Shown here piece after piece: positions 24,790-37,472 of a stretch of 64,000 nucleotides of DNA. The notes below the pieces were generated by a model. It was not told the DNA's origin, did not search any database, and saw only the letters and a list, made by a program, of their open reading frames with translations. Position numbers and translations under genes: made by a program. The stretch's first letter is position 1; every line of letters begins with the position of its first letter. This stretch comes from Mobula hypostoma. Taxonomy: Eukaryota. The stretch is taken from the NCBI RefSeq assembly GCF_963921235.1, contig NC_086109.1:682001-746000 (forward strand). The letters are read 5' to 3'.

Positions 24790-25165
24790 CCTCCCCTGGA
24801 TCAGACCCACACTAAAAGCACTGTGCACAGCTTTGGACTGCTGGATTAGATCAAACTGGGTGCAGTGTGTGCAAGTATGATATCTAAATCCTTGGGTTCA
24901 ACGATACCGGTGTACCATGTACATTTCTGGTCTCCATATCCCTTGGTTAGTCCACACAGGGAACACTACACAGTTCTACTCTCCCTTCCTCTGGGTCAGA
25001 CCATACTGACAGCATCATGCACAGTTCTGACCTTCATATCCCTGGATTACATCACACTGGGAGCACTGTGTCCTGTTCTGATTTCCATATCTCTCAGTTA
25101 GACCATACTGAGAGCATTGTGTTCATTTCTGATCTTACATATTCCTGGATCAGACCACACCATGA
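24790..25165 (+). repeat. Degenerate ~50-bp tandem repeat, 7-8 copies, intron 4
   Basis: ATATCCCTGGATCAGACCACACTGGGAGCACTGTG..CAGTTCTG-like units at ~24937, 24986, 25036, 25087 and 25139. Confidence 0.75.
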
Positions 25166-25335
25166 TCAACCTGTAAAGACTAAGTCTCTGTATCACATGT
25201 GAAACTCTTTAGATCTCCCTCTGTATTGCAGAGAAAGACAATCAAAGGTGCAAGATGACAATGCTGAGATGGCTGGCATGACCAGACAGAAGGGTGGAGC
25301 AGTCATTGGCAATTCCATGACTGCTAAAATCTTAC

Positions 25336-25447
25336 GTTCTGAATCTTCATTCTTGAAGTACCCAACCAGCTTGATTTCATCCTCATTGTCCTCAAACGTT
25401 TCTAGTTCGCCCTCATCGTCGATCATCTCCACTGGGTCTTCCAGAAC
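25336..25447 (-). CDS. CASQ1: Calsequestrin exon 4
   Basis: TTTCTAAAG|GTT...GAA C|GTAAGA; 112 nt; [37 protein letters not shown](H). Confidence 0.95.
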
Positions 25448-26680
25448 CTTTAGAAATACCAGCATGTCAGCAATCACTATCACGGCACAGAACAAGTCAA
25501 CTACACACAATCCTCCCAATTCCACCTCCACCTTGCTGCTCTCCACCAGTCCCTCACCATCATTACCTCCCCGCATACCTGGACTCCCACATGACGCACT
25601 GATTATTGTTGGTCATGCGACCAGAGGATCTCCACCCTGTAGACTGGAAACCTGATATCCCAGTAGGGTTGGGCACAGGGTATCAGGATGGGTGCCTGTT
25701 TGGATGAGTAGGAAGAGGGTCTGGAAGGGTGAACTCCATGAACACTGGGATCTTGGAACACGTCCATTGCTGGAGGACTACTCTGAAGGTTAATGGGACC
25801 ATAGTGAAAGCACTGCCAGAGGGGAAGAGTTGGAATGGTGGGGGTTACACCAACCAAGATCCCACCCCGGTTAGACACACTGGAAGATCTATTCCAAGTG
25901 CTCCTTTTATAGACTAAATTAGGGTAGAGTTACCTGAACCATGGATTTGAAGTTGTTCTACTTTGTCACCTTGCTGAGTGACTCCAGCAGGTGGTACACA
26001 TTGCAATCACAGTGTGTTGATGGAGGGAGGGGTTGTTTAGGGAGGAGGAGGAGGGAGGGAGTTTTTAGGGCAGCAGATGGAGAGGTTGTTTAGGGCTGAG
26101 GGAATGAGTATTTAGGAAGCTGGAGAGAGGGAGTGTTTAGGGGGTGGAGGGAAGGAATGATTTGGAAGTTGGATAGAGAGCTGATAGAGCAGCTCCTTTG
26201 ACCTGGATGGTGTTGGCCTTCTAAAGAGTTGTTGGAGCTGCAGTTACCCAGACAAGTTGAGAATGATCTATCACATTCATGACTTGTAAATGGGGAGAGC
26301 CATGGGATATCGGAATGTGAGACACACCGCACAAGATCTCCAGTCTCTGACCTGCTCCTAGAGCTATGATGTTAATCCATAGTCATAGGCTGATCTGGTT
26401 GATAGTCTATTTGGTGGTGACCTTAGGATGTTGATGGTGGAGACTGAATGATGGGATGTCAGTGGCTAGACCCGCTCTTGTTGGAGAAAGTCTTTGTCTG
26501 GCAGTTATGTAGTTGTAATGATACCTGTCACTTCTAAACTTTTATCTGAATGTTGTCTGGATCATCTGGAAAGTGGATGGGATCCAGGTGCAATTCCCCT
26601 AGGCAACAAAGAACCTCATGTCTCCTTGTTTGGCATGGAAGTCTTCAAATTTGAAACAAAGACTAAGGAGTTGGTAAGGC

Positions 26681-28835
26681 CATAAGACCATAAAATATAG
26701 GAGCAGAAGATAATGTGGTAAATTGGATCAGCAAATTTGCTGATGATACAAAGATTGGAAGTATAGTGGACAGTGAGGAAGGTTTTCAAAACTTGCAGAG
26801 GGATTTGGACCAGCTGGAAAAATGGGCTGAAAAATGGCAGATGGAGTTTAATGCAGACAAGTATGAGGTATTGCACTTTGGAAGGACAAACCAAGGTAGA
26901 ACATACAAGGTAAATGGTAAGGCACTGAGGAGTGCAGTAGAACAAAGGGATCTGGGAATACAGATGCAAAATTCACTAAAAGTGGTGTGACAGGTAGATA
27001 GGGTCGTAAAGAGAGCTTTTGGTACATTGGCCTTTATAACTCAAAGTATTGTGTATAAGAGTTGGAATGTTATGGTGAGGTTGTGTAAGGCATTGGTGAC
27101 GCCGAATTTTGAGTATTGTGTACAGTTTTGGTCACCAAATTACAGGAAGCATATTAATAAGGTTGAAAGAGTGCAAAGAAGGTTTACAAGGATGTTGCCA
27201 GGACTTGAGAAACTGAGTTACAGAGAAAGGTTGAATAGGTTAGGACTTTATTCCCTCACTCTTTTACGCTCCAGGGAATAAAGGTGTATTTGATAGAGGT
27301 ATATAAAATTATGATGGGTTTAGATAGAGTGAATGTAAGCAGGCTATTTCCACCGAGGCTAGGGGAGAAAAAAAACCAGAGGACATGGGTTAAGGGTGAA
27401 GGGAGAAAAGTTTAAAGGGAACATTAGGGGGAGCTTCTTCACACACAGAGTGGTGGGAGTGTGGAATGAGCTGCCAGATGAAGTGGTAAATGCGGGCTCA
27501 CTTTTAACATTTAAGAAAGACTTGGACAGGTACATGGATGAGAGGTGTATGGAGGAATATGGTCCAGGTGCAGGTCGGTGGGACTAGGCAGAAAAATGGT
27601 TCGGCACAGCCAAGGAGGGCCAGAAGGCCTGTTTCTGTGCTGTAATGTTCTATGGTTCTAAGTAGGCCATTTGGCCCATCGAGTCTGCTCTGCCATTCAA
27701 TCATGGGCTGAGCCAATTCTTCCAGTCATCCCCACTCCCCTGCTTTCTCCCCATACCCTTTGATGCCCTGGCTAATCAAGAACCTATCTATCTCTGCCTT
27801 AAATGCACCCAATGTCTTGACCCTACAGCCACTCATGGCAACAAATTCCACAGATTTACCACCATCGGACTACAGTAACTTCTTCACATCTCTGTTCTAA
27901 ATAGACGTCCGTCAAACCTGAAGGCATGCCCTCTTGTCCTAGACTCTCCTACCATGGGAAATAATTTTGCCATATCTAATCTGTTCAGGCCTTTTAACAT
28001 TCAGAATGTTTCGATGAAATCCCCCCTCATTCTCCTGAACTCTAGGGAATACAGCCCAAGACGTTCTTCATACGGTAAAACTTTCATTCCTGGAATCACT
28101 CTCGTGAATCTTCTCTGAATTCTCTCCAATGTCAGTATATCCTTTCTAAAATAAGGAGCCCAAAACTGCACACAATGCTCTAAGTGTGGTCTCATGAGTG
28201 CCTTATAGAGCCTCAATATCACATCCCTGCTCTTATATTCTATACCTCCAGAAATGAATGCCAACATTGCATTCACCTTCTGCACCACTGTCTCAATATG
28301 GAGGTTAACCTTTAGGGTATCCTGCACAAGAACTCCCAACTCCCAAGTCCCTTTGCATCTCTGCATTTTGAATTCTCTCCCCATCTAAATAATAGTCTGC
28401 CTGTTAATTTCTTCCACCAAAGTTCATGACCATATACTTTCCAACATTATATTTCATTTGCTACTTCTTTGTCCATTCCCCTAAGCTATTTAAGTCTCTC
28501 TGCAGGCTCTCTGTTCCCTCAACGCTACCCTATCTTTGTATCTTCACAAATTTAGTCACAAATCCATTAATCCCATAGTCCAAATCATTGACATACAATG
28601 TAAAAAGCAGCAGTCCCAAAACCGACATCTGTGGAACTCCCCTGGTAATCGGCAGCCAGCCAGAAAAGGATCCCTTTATTCCCACTCTCTGTTTTCTGTT
28701 GATCAGCCAATGCTCCACCCAAACTAGTAACTCCCCTGTAATTCCATGGGCTCTTATCTTGCTAAGCAGCCTCATGTGCGGCACCTTGTCAAAAGTCTTC
28801 TGAAAATCCAAGTACACCACACCTACTGCATCTCC
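26681..28835 (-). mobile_element. CR1 LINE (family B) with a plus-strand CR1 (~26711-27660) inserted in its 3' UTR
   Basis: Tail CCATAAGACCATAAAATATAGGAGCAGAAG stops at ~26709 and resumes as AGTAGGCCATTTGG at 27661. RT ORFs 28001-28384 and 28530-28856 (-); 26715-27587 (+). Confidence 0.85.
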
Positions 28836-29280
28836 TTTGAATATCTTGGTGACCAAACCCGGCTCTAACTTGGGACCTGCTGACCTCTAGACCATGCAGT
28901 TGCCAATTTGAGATCTAGAGAAGGGGAGGTTTCAATTTTCAACCACATGAAAGGCCAGTGCTCGCTGCCTCTGAGGGCCACCAGCAGCCAGGGTGGGTAG
29001 GAAGTTGGTTGTAGCATGTGGATGAGAAAAAGCAGAGACTACCTGGGACATTCTCTCTTCTCGTCCCACCCATCAGTAACAATATAAAAGCCTGTAAGTA
29101 TGTACCATGCAGCTCATGGACAACTTCTATACTACTCTTAACAGACTCTTAAATGGACCTCTTGTCCTATAAAAGAGACTCAGCCTCAAGATCCACATCT
29201 TTCTGATCTTGCACCTTATTGTTTACCTGTATTACACTTACTTTGTAGATGTTACACATTATTCTATATTCTGTGTTTTA

Positions 29281-31590
29281 TAAGACCATAAGACCATAAG
29301 ATAAAGGAGCAGAATTAGTCCATTTAGCCCATTGAATCTTCTCCACAATTTCATCATGGCTGATCCAATTTTCCTCTCAGCCCCAATCTCCTTCCTTGTA
29401 TCTTCTTCCCTGTATCCCTCATGCCCTCACCAATCAAGAATCTATCAATCTCTGCCTTAAATATAGTATCTTCCGTTATGAAAACTGATGCAAAATACTC
29501 ATTCAGTTCATCCACCATTTCCCTCACCCCCTTTACTACCTCTCCAGCATGTTTTTCCATCGGTCTGATATTCACTCTCACTTCTCTTTTACACTTCATG
29601 TATCTAAACAAACTTTTGGTATCCTCTTTAATATTATTGGCGAGCTTACTTTTGTATTCCATCTTTCCTTTCTTAATGGTCTTTTTAGTTGCCTTATGTT
29701 GTGTTTTAAAAGCTTCCCACTCCTCTAACTTCCCATTAATTTTTGCTCCATTATATGCCATCTCTTTGGTTTATGCTGGTTTTGACTTCTCTTGTTCGCC
29801 ACAGTTGTGTCATCTTTCCTTTAGGCCATAAGACCATGAGACATAGGAGCAAAATTAGGCCATTTGGCCCATTAACTCTACTCTGCCATTCAATTATGGC
29901 TGATCCTCATTTCCCTTCCTCAGCCCCACTCCCTGGCCTTCTCCCCATAACCTTTGATGCCATGTCCAAACAAAAACCGATCAATTTCTGCCCTAAATAC
30001 ACCTAATGACAGACTCCACAGTTACCTCTGGTAATAAATTCCACAAATTCACCACCATCTGGCTAAAGAAATTTCTCTACATACTTATTTTAAATGGGTG
30101 CCCCTCTATCCTGAGGCTGTGTCCTCTTGTCCTAGAGACTCCCACCATGGGAAATGTCCTTTTCACATCTACTTTGTCTAGGCCTTTTATCATTCAAAAG
30201 ATTTCAATGAGACCTCCCCTCATCCTTCTAAATTCCAGTGAGTACAGACCCAAAGCTATCAAACATTCCTCATACAATAACCCTTTCATTCCCAGAATCA
30301 TTTTTGTGAACCTCTTCTGAACCCTCTCCAATGCCAGCACATCTTTTCTTAGATGAGGAGCCCAAAACTGTTCACAACACTCAAGGTGAGGCCTCACCAG
30401 TGCTTTATAAAGCCTCAGCATCACATCCCTGCTCTTGTATTCTAGACCTCTTGAAATGAATCCTAGCATTGCATTTGCCTTCCTCACCACCGACTCAACC
30501 TACAACTTAACCATTAGAATGTTCTGCACAAGGACTTCCGAGTCCTTTTGCATCTCAGAATTTTGGATTTTCTCCCCATTTAGAAAATAGTCTGCACATT
30601 TATTTCCACTACCTAAGTCCATGACCATGCATTTGCCAACATCATATTTAATTTGCCACTTTCTTGCTCATTCTCCTAATCTGTCTAAGTCCTTCTGCAG
30701 CCTACCTATTTCCTCAACATTACCTCTCCCTCCACCGATCTACATATCACCTGTAAACATTGTAACAAAGCCATCTATTCCATCATCTAAATCATTGATA
30801 TACAACATAAAAAGAAGCAGTTCCAACACCAACCCCTGTAGTCAACCAGAAAAGGATCCTTTTATTCCCACTCACTGCCTCCTTCCAATCAGCCAATGGT
30901 CTAGCCATACTAGTAACTTTCCTGTAATATTATGGGCTCTTAATTTGGAAAGCAGCCTCATGTGTGTCACCTTGTCAAAGGCCTTCTGAAAGTCCAAATA
31001 TACAACATCCACTGCATCCCCTTACTCTATCTTGCTTGTAATTTCTTCAAAGAATTCCAGCAGTTTCAGCAGGCAAGATTTTCCCTTAAGGAAGCCATGC
31101 TAATTTTGTATCTTGTCCTGTGTCACCAAGTATTCCATCACCTCATCCTTAACATTGACTCCAACATCTTTCCAACTACTGAGGTCAGTCTATAATTTCC
31201 TTTCTGCTGCCTTTCTCCTTTCTTAAAGAGTGGAGTAACATTTGCAATTTTCCAGTCCTCCGGTACCATGCCAGAGTCCAATGATTTTTGAAAGATCATT
31301 ATTAATGCTTCCACATTCTGTACCGCCACCTCTTTCAGAACCCTAGGCTGTAGTTCACTTATGTACCCTGAGGTCTTTCAGCTTTTTGAGCACCTTCTCC
31401 TTTGTAATAGTAACTGCACTCACTTCTCTTCCCTCACACCTTTCAACATCTGGCACACTGCTCGTGTTTTCCACAGTGAAGACTGATTCAAAATACTCAT
31501 TTGGTTCATCTGCCATTTCTTTGTCCTCCATTACTACCTCACCAGCATCATTTTCCAATATCAACTCTCACTTCCCTTTTACTCTTTATG
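29281..31590 (-). mobile_element. Nested CR1 (family B) fragments
   Basis: Two ATAAGACC tails (~29281 and ~29826); ORF2 peptides in ORFs 29354-29761, 30194-30490 and 31138-31564. Confidence 0.8.
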
Positions 31591-31599
31591 TCACCGGAA

Positions 31600-32310
31600 A
31601 ATACAATTTGCCTACAATTCGCCTACCAACACAACCGATTGACAGATGATGCAATAGCCACTGTTCTACATACCATCCTTACACATCTGGATGCTATGTG
31701 AGAATGCTGTTCTTGGACTACAGTTCAGCATTCAACACCATTGTTCCATCCAGGCTCGACAAGAAGCTCAGAGACCTCGGCCCTGACCCTGCCTTGTACA
31801 GCTGGATCCTGGACTTCCTGTCAGATCGCTAGCAGGTTGTAAGAGTGGGCTCCCTCACCCCCACCTCTCTGACTCTCAACACAGGAGCCCCTCAGTGCTG
31901 CTTACTGAGTCCCCTCCTTTACTGCCTGTATACTCATCCACAGCTCCAACCTGCTAATTAAATTTGCCAATGACACTACATTAATTGGCCTTATCTCAAA
32001 CAATAACGAGGTGGTTTACTGGGAAGAAGTAATCTCTCTGACACAGTGGTGTCAAGAAAACAAACCCTCCCTTAAAGTCAAAAAAACAAAGGAGCTAGTT
32101 GTAGATTACAAGAGGAATGGAGACAGGCTAACCCCTATTGACATCAATGGATCTGGGGTTGAGAGGGTAAACAGCTTCAAAATCCTCAGCATCCACATCA
32201 CCAAGGACCTCACATGGTCTGTACACATCAGCTGTGTGGTGAAAAAGGCACAACAGCACCTCTTTCACCTCAGACGGTTGAGGAAGTTTGGTATGGGCCC
32301 CCAAATCCTA
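31600..32310 (+). mobile_element. Rex1/Babar-like LINE RT fragment
   Basis: DNA for LFLDYSSAFNTI at ~31705-31740; ORF 32011-32343 WCQENKPSLKVKKTKELVVDY...DLTWSVHI...LRRLRKFG. Confidence 0.75.
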
Positions 32311-32344
32311 GTAACTAAGCATTTACTCAGTAGACCGACATAGT

Positions 32345-34915
32345 CTGTAGAAGTCAGGCAAAGCTGCATCAATTTCATGGATCCTGACTGAATTACAGAG
32401 GAGGAGGTGTTTGCTATCCCAAGGCAAATAATGGTGGATAAATTCACAGGGCCTGGTAAGGTGTTCCCTTGACGCTATGGGAGGGAGGCAAGTGCAATAT
32501 TTGCCATGGCACTGGAAAAATATTTAAATCATCCTTACTGACAGGAGAGATACCTGAGGATTGGAGGATAGCCAATGTTGTTCCACTGTTTAAAAAAGGC
32601 TCTGAACGTAAACCAGTAAATTATAGGTCATGGAGTCTGACATCAGTGGACAGAAAGTTATTGGAAGGTATTCTGAGGGACCGAATATGTAAGTACCTGG
32701 ATAGACATGGCCTGATTAAGGACTGTCAGCATGGCTAAGGACAGGTCATGTCTAACCAATCTTATAGAGTTTTTCGAGGACATTACCAGGAAAATGGATG
32801 AAGGCAAGGTAGTGGATGTTGTCTACCTGGACTTTAACAAGACATTTGGCAATATCCAGCATTGGAGATTGGTCAAGAAGGTTCAGTCACTCGGCATCCG
32901 ATATGAGGTAGTATATTGGATTTGACATTGGCTTTGTGGGAGAAGCCAGAGAAGGGTAGTCGATGGTTGCCTCTCTGACCTGTGACTAGTGGCGTGCTGC
33001 AGGGATCGGTGCTGGGTCATTTGTTGTTTGTCATCTATATCAACAATCTGGATAATAAAGTGATCAACTGGAGCAGCAAGTTTGTGGATGACCGCAAGAT
33101 TGGGGGTGAAGTGGACAGTGAGGAAGCCTATCATGGCATGCAGAGGTATCTGCATCAGCTGGGAAAATGGGCTGAAAAATGACAGATGGAACTTAATGCT
33201 GACAAGTGCGAAGTTTGCACTTCGGTAGGACAAGCCAGGGTAGGTCTTACACAGTGAATGGTATGGCAATGATGATGTGGAGAATAAAGGGATCTAGGAA
33301 TACAGGTCCAAAATTTATTGAAAGTGGCGTCACAGGTAGATTGGTTCGTAAAGAAAGCTTTTGGCACATTGGCCTTCATAAATCAATTTACCAAGCGCAG
33401 GAGATGGAATATTATGCTGAAATTGTTTAAGACATTGGTGAGGGCTAATTTGGAGTATTGTGAGCAGTTCTGTTCATAGAAACATAGAAAACCTACGGCA
33501 CAATACAGGCCATTCAGCCCACAATGTTTTTCTAAGACCTACTGTATCCAGGAGTCTCCTAAAAGACCCTGTCATTTCCGCCTCCAACACCGCCACCAGC
33601 AGCCCATTCCACGCACTCACTACTCTCTGCGTAAAAAACTTACCCCTGACATCTCCTCTGTACCTACTTCCAAGCACCTTAAAACTGCGCCTTCTCGTGT
33701 TAGCCATTTCAGCCCTGGGAAAAAGCCTCTGACTATCCACATGATCAATGCCTCTCATCATCTTATACACCTCCATCAGGTCACCTCTCATCCTCCGTCG
33801 CTCCAAGGAGAAAAGGCTGAGTTCACTCAACCTATTCTCAAAGGCCATGCTCCCCCATCCTTGGAAATCTCCGCTGCACCATTTCTATGGTTTCCACATC
33901 CTTCCTGTAGTGAGGTGATGAGAACTGAGCACAGTACTCCAAGTGGGGTCTGAACAGGGTCCTATTTAGCTGTTTCATTACCTCTCGGCTCTTAAACTCA
34001 ACCCCACAGTGATGAAGGCCAATGCACCATATGCTTTCTTAACCACAGTCAACCTGCGCAGCAGCTTTGAGTGTCCTATGGACTCGGATCCCAAGATCTC
34101 TTTGATCCTCCACACTGCCAAGAGTCTTACCATTAATACTATATTCTGCCATCATATTTGACCTACCAATTTGAACCACCTCACACTTCATCTGCCACCT
34201 CAACCCAGTTTTGCATCTTATCGATGTAACCTCTGACAGCCGTCCACACTATCCACAGCACCCCCAACTTTGTGTCATCAGCAAATTTACTAACCCATCC
34301 CTCCACTTCCTCATCCAGGTCATTTATAAAAATCAAAAAGAGAAGTGGTCCCAGAAACATCCTCTTCACATCCACTCTATCAAGGGCTTTTAGCATTCAA
34401 TAGATTTCAATGAGATCCCCCTAATTCTTTTAGGTTCCAGCAAGTACTGGCCCAGAGCCATCAAACACTCCTCAGCTGATAAGCCTTTCAATCCCGGAAT
34501 CATTTTCATGAACTCCTTTGAACTCTCTCCAATATCAGCACAACCTTTCTTAGATGAAGGGCCAAAAAATGCTCACAATAGCCCAAGTGAGGCCTTACCA
34601 ATGCCTTATAAATCCCTCAAGCAGATTCTATAGCAAAAAACAGGGCAGCATCGTAGTGTAGTGGTTAGCACAATGCATTACAGTACCAGCGAACTCAGGA
34701 ATTCATTGTCACAGACGGCTGTGGAGGCCAAGTCATTGCGTATATTTAAGGTGGATATTAATCGATTTTTGACAAGTCAGGGCATGATCATTATGGGGAG
34801 AAGTCAGGGGAATGGAGCTGAGAGGGAAATAGATCAGCATGATCAAATGGCAGAGCAGTTTTGATGACCTGTATGGCCTAATTCTGTTCCTATGTCTTAT
34901 GGTGTTATGGTCTTA
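32345..34915. mobile_element. Mosaic of CR1 fragments in both orientations
   Basis: Plus-strand RT ORFs 32469-33182; minus-strand 3' end from ~33476 (CATAGAAACATAGAAAACC); plus-strand family B tail ending ~34915. Confidence 0.75.
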
Positions 34916-35080
34916 TAGTCTCAAACCAAACCAAAAATGTGGTGCAGAGAAGGGTGGCCTAGTGGTGTTCAAATAATGGAACATTGAAAAAAGATGGAGT
35001 GGAAAAAGAATCACTGTACATATAGCAGAAGCCGTCTGGTAATCTCCCCACCATCAACCCCATCACACCCGGTCACTTAC

Positions 35081-35181
35081 ATCCAGGAGGAACTCCACTA
35101 TAGTGTCAGCTGCCAGCTCGCCATCATATTCGATCACGTTATCCTCCTTGAAGACATAAATGCTGCCTTCTTCAACCAGAC
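35081..35181 (-). CDS. CASQ1: Calsequestrin exon 3
   Basis: TTACAG|GT...GAT|GTAAGT; 101 nt; (G)[33 protein letters not shown]. Confidence 0.95.
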
Positions 35182-35484
35182 CTGTAACAGGACATTGTTC
35201 AGCGGAGGGGCACAGAGGGGGGAAAGGGAGATCAGTCAGGCAAGTTCTATCTGAATGGGACTCACCTCCTTTCCTTATCCTCCCACCCAACATCATCAAT
35301 CCACTATTACTGCCTCCCCTCCAACTCAGAATTCCTCATCCAACTTTCCCTCCTACACTCCGCTACCATCTTCTCCTCCCCTTCCCCTCCACTCTCCACT
35401 CCTCTCTCTTACAATAGCCATTTCACTAACGCCTTCCTGCCCCCTCTTTCCTCTCAAGTACATGGGGAAATTGAGTGAACTCAC

Positions 35485-35569
35485 CTAGTTTCTTTGCAAC
35501 AGCCTCATCCTCCTCTGCGTCAACCAAGCCAAACCCAATGTTCTTATCTTCCAAGACCTGTGCTGCCAG
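35485..35569 (-). CDS. CASQ1: Calsequestrin exon 2
   Basis: CCACCAG|CTG...CTA G|GTGAGT; 85 nt; [28 protein letters not shown](G). Confidence 0.95.
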
Positions 35570-35685
35570 CTGGTGGGTGGGAGAGAATCAGAAACAGGCT
35601 TATTATCACCGGCATATGACATGAAATGTGTTAACTAGCAGCAGCAGTTCAATGCAAAACATAATGTAAAAGGAAAATAAACAAA

Positions 35686-35686
35686 A

Positions 35687-35723
<37 letters not shown>

Positions 35724-35724
35724 A
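35686..35724. repeat. (AAAT)n microsatellite in LINE 3' UTR
   Basis: Directly visible. Confidence 0.9.
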
Positions 35725-36181
35725 TTTTATTCAGTATCTTTATACAGTATACGTATATTGAATAGACTAAAAATCATGCAAAAAATAGAAATACTATATA
35801 TTTAAAAAAAGTGAGGTAGTGTCCAGGGGTTCAATGTCCATTTAGGAATTGGATGGCAGAGGGGAAGAAGCTGTTCCTGAATCACTGAGTGTGTGCCTTC
35901 AGGCTTCTGTATCTCCTACCTGATGGTAACAGTGAGAAAAGGGCATGTCCTGATTGCTGGAGGTCCTTAGTAATGGACACTGCCTTTCTGAGACACTGCT
36001 CCTTGAAGTTTTCTATGTTTTCGATGTTTTTCCAAGATGTCATAGGTCCATTGTAGGCTAGTACCCAAGATGGTGCTGACTAAATTTACAAACCCCTGCA
36101 GCTTCTTCCACTCCTGGCAGTAGCTCCTCCATACCAGACAATGATGCAGCCTGTGCTCTCCACTATAGAATCCTATATAAG

Positions 36182-37472
36182 TGTCATAATCCGGTCCGTA
36201 AACTCCATATTCCTGTTCACAGTCCGGTCCATCGAGCCTTGCTCCAGCTTTTCCTTTCTACCCTGTTTCTGTCCTTGTTGAGTTAATTGCGGCAGCTGAC
36301 GCTAATTGGGGCTGGCTGCATAAATATTTCCAGAGACCAGGGCTTGGTTGCTGGATTGTTCTTGTCCTTACTCCTTGTATCCCTTGCTCTGCCTTCTGTT
36401 TCCTCGCCTGAAGCCCTGCCTTGTCTTGCCGGTAACTCTCGCCTCACCTGAAGTTCTTGTCTTGCCTTGCTTTGCCACTAGCCTTGCCTTGTCTTGCTGT
36501 CTGGTCCCAGAGCCACCCAGTACCTAGCTCCCTTCTTATCCCTTGTCTCTGCCCGGGTAAGCCAGGCTGTCTTGCCGTTACCTGGGGTTGGTTCTGTCCC
36601 TTCCTGTCCCTTGCCTCCGCCCAGGTAAGCCAGGCTGTCTTGCCGTTACCTGGGGTTGGTTCTGTCCCTTCCTGTCCCTTGCCTCTGTCGGGTGGTGATC
36701 CGCGCCCTGCCCAGGAGGAGCCTGCCAAGCCTCGCCTGGCCTGGCCTCAAGTCTCCTGCCTCCTGCCAAGCTTCGCCTCAAGTCTCAAGTCTCCTGCCTC
36801 CAGCCTCCAGCCAAGCCTCGCCTCAAGTCTCCTGCCTCCAGCCTCGCCTCATCTCAAGTCTCCTGCCTCCAGCCTCGCCTCAAGTCTCCTCCCTCCAGCC
36901 TCGCCTCGCCTCAAGTCTCCTCCCTCCAGCCTCGCCTCGCCTCAAGTCTCCTCCCTCCAGCCTCGCCTCGCCTCAGGTCTCCTGCCTCCAGCCTCGCCTC
37001 GCCTCAGGTCTCCTGCCTCCAGCCTCCAGCCTCGCCTCGCCTCAGGTCTCCTGCCTCCAGCCTCCAGCCTTGCCTCGCCTCAGGTCTCCTCCCTCCAGCC
37101 TCCAACCTCGCCTCAAGTCTCCAGCCTTGCCCCGCCTCGCCTCAAGTCTCCAGCCTCGCCCCGCCTCGCCTCAAGTCTCTCGCCTCAAGTTTCAAGCCTG
37201 TAGATTTCTGCCTCGTCCTGCCTGCCTGCCAAGCCTTGTCCTTGCCTAGTTCTGGGGTCCGAGCCAGAGGCAAGACCCAGGTACTGGGTCCTTGTCCAGT
37301 CTCTGGCTCGGAGTCCAAGCCCGGGCTCCTAGCTCTTTTGTCCAGTCCTGTTCCAGGTTCCTGGGTTTCCTGTCCATGTCCTTGCCATTGCCCTGTATCC
37401 TAGTCCTGTCCCTAGTACTTCAGTGTCTGTGTCTTGCACTTGGGTTCGTTCCCAGCCACCGCCCTTATGACA
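36182..37472. mobile_element. Probable solo LTR (Gypsy/BEL type), 1291 bp
   Basis: Perfect 8-bp inverted termini TGTCATAA...TTATGACA; flanks ATAAG/AGAAG (5-bp TSD with one mismatch); the host LINE is continuous across it; internal 68-bp duplication and a CCTCGCCTCAAGTCTCCTGCCTCCAG-type array. Confidence 0.7.

Noticed and set aside
36457..37249. Ser/Pro/Leu-rich ORFs of 197-248 aa
   Set aside because: Translation of the low-complexity array inside the LTR-like element; no recognisable domain.
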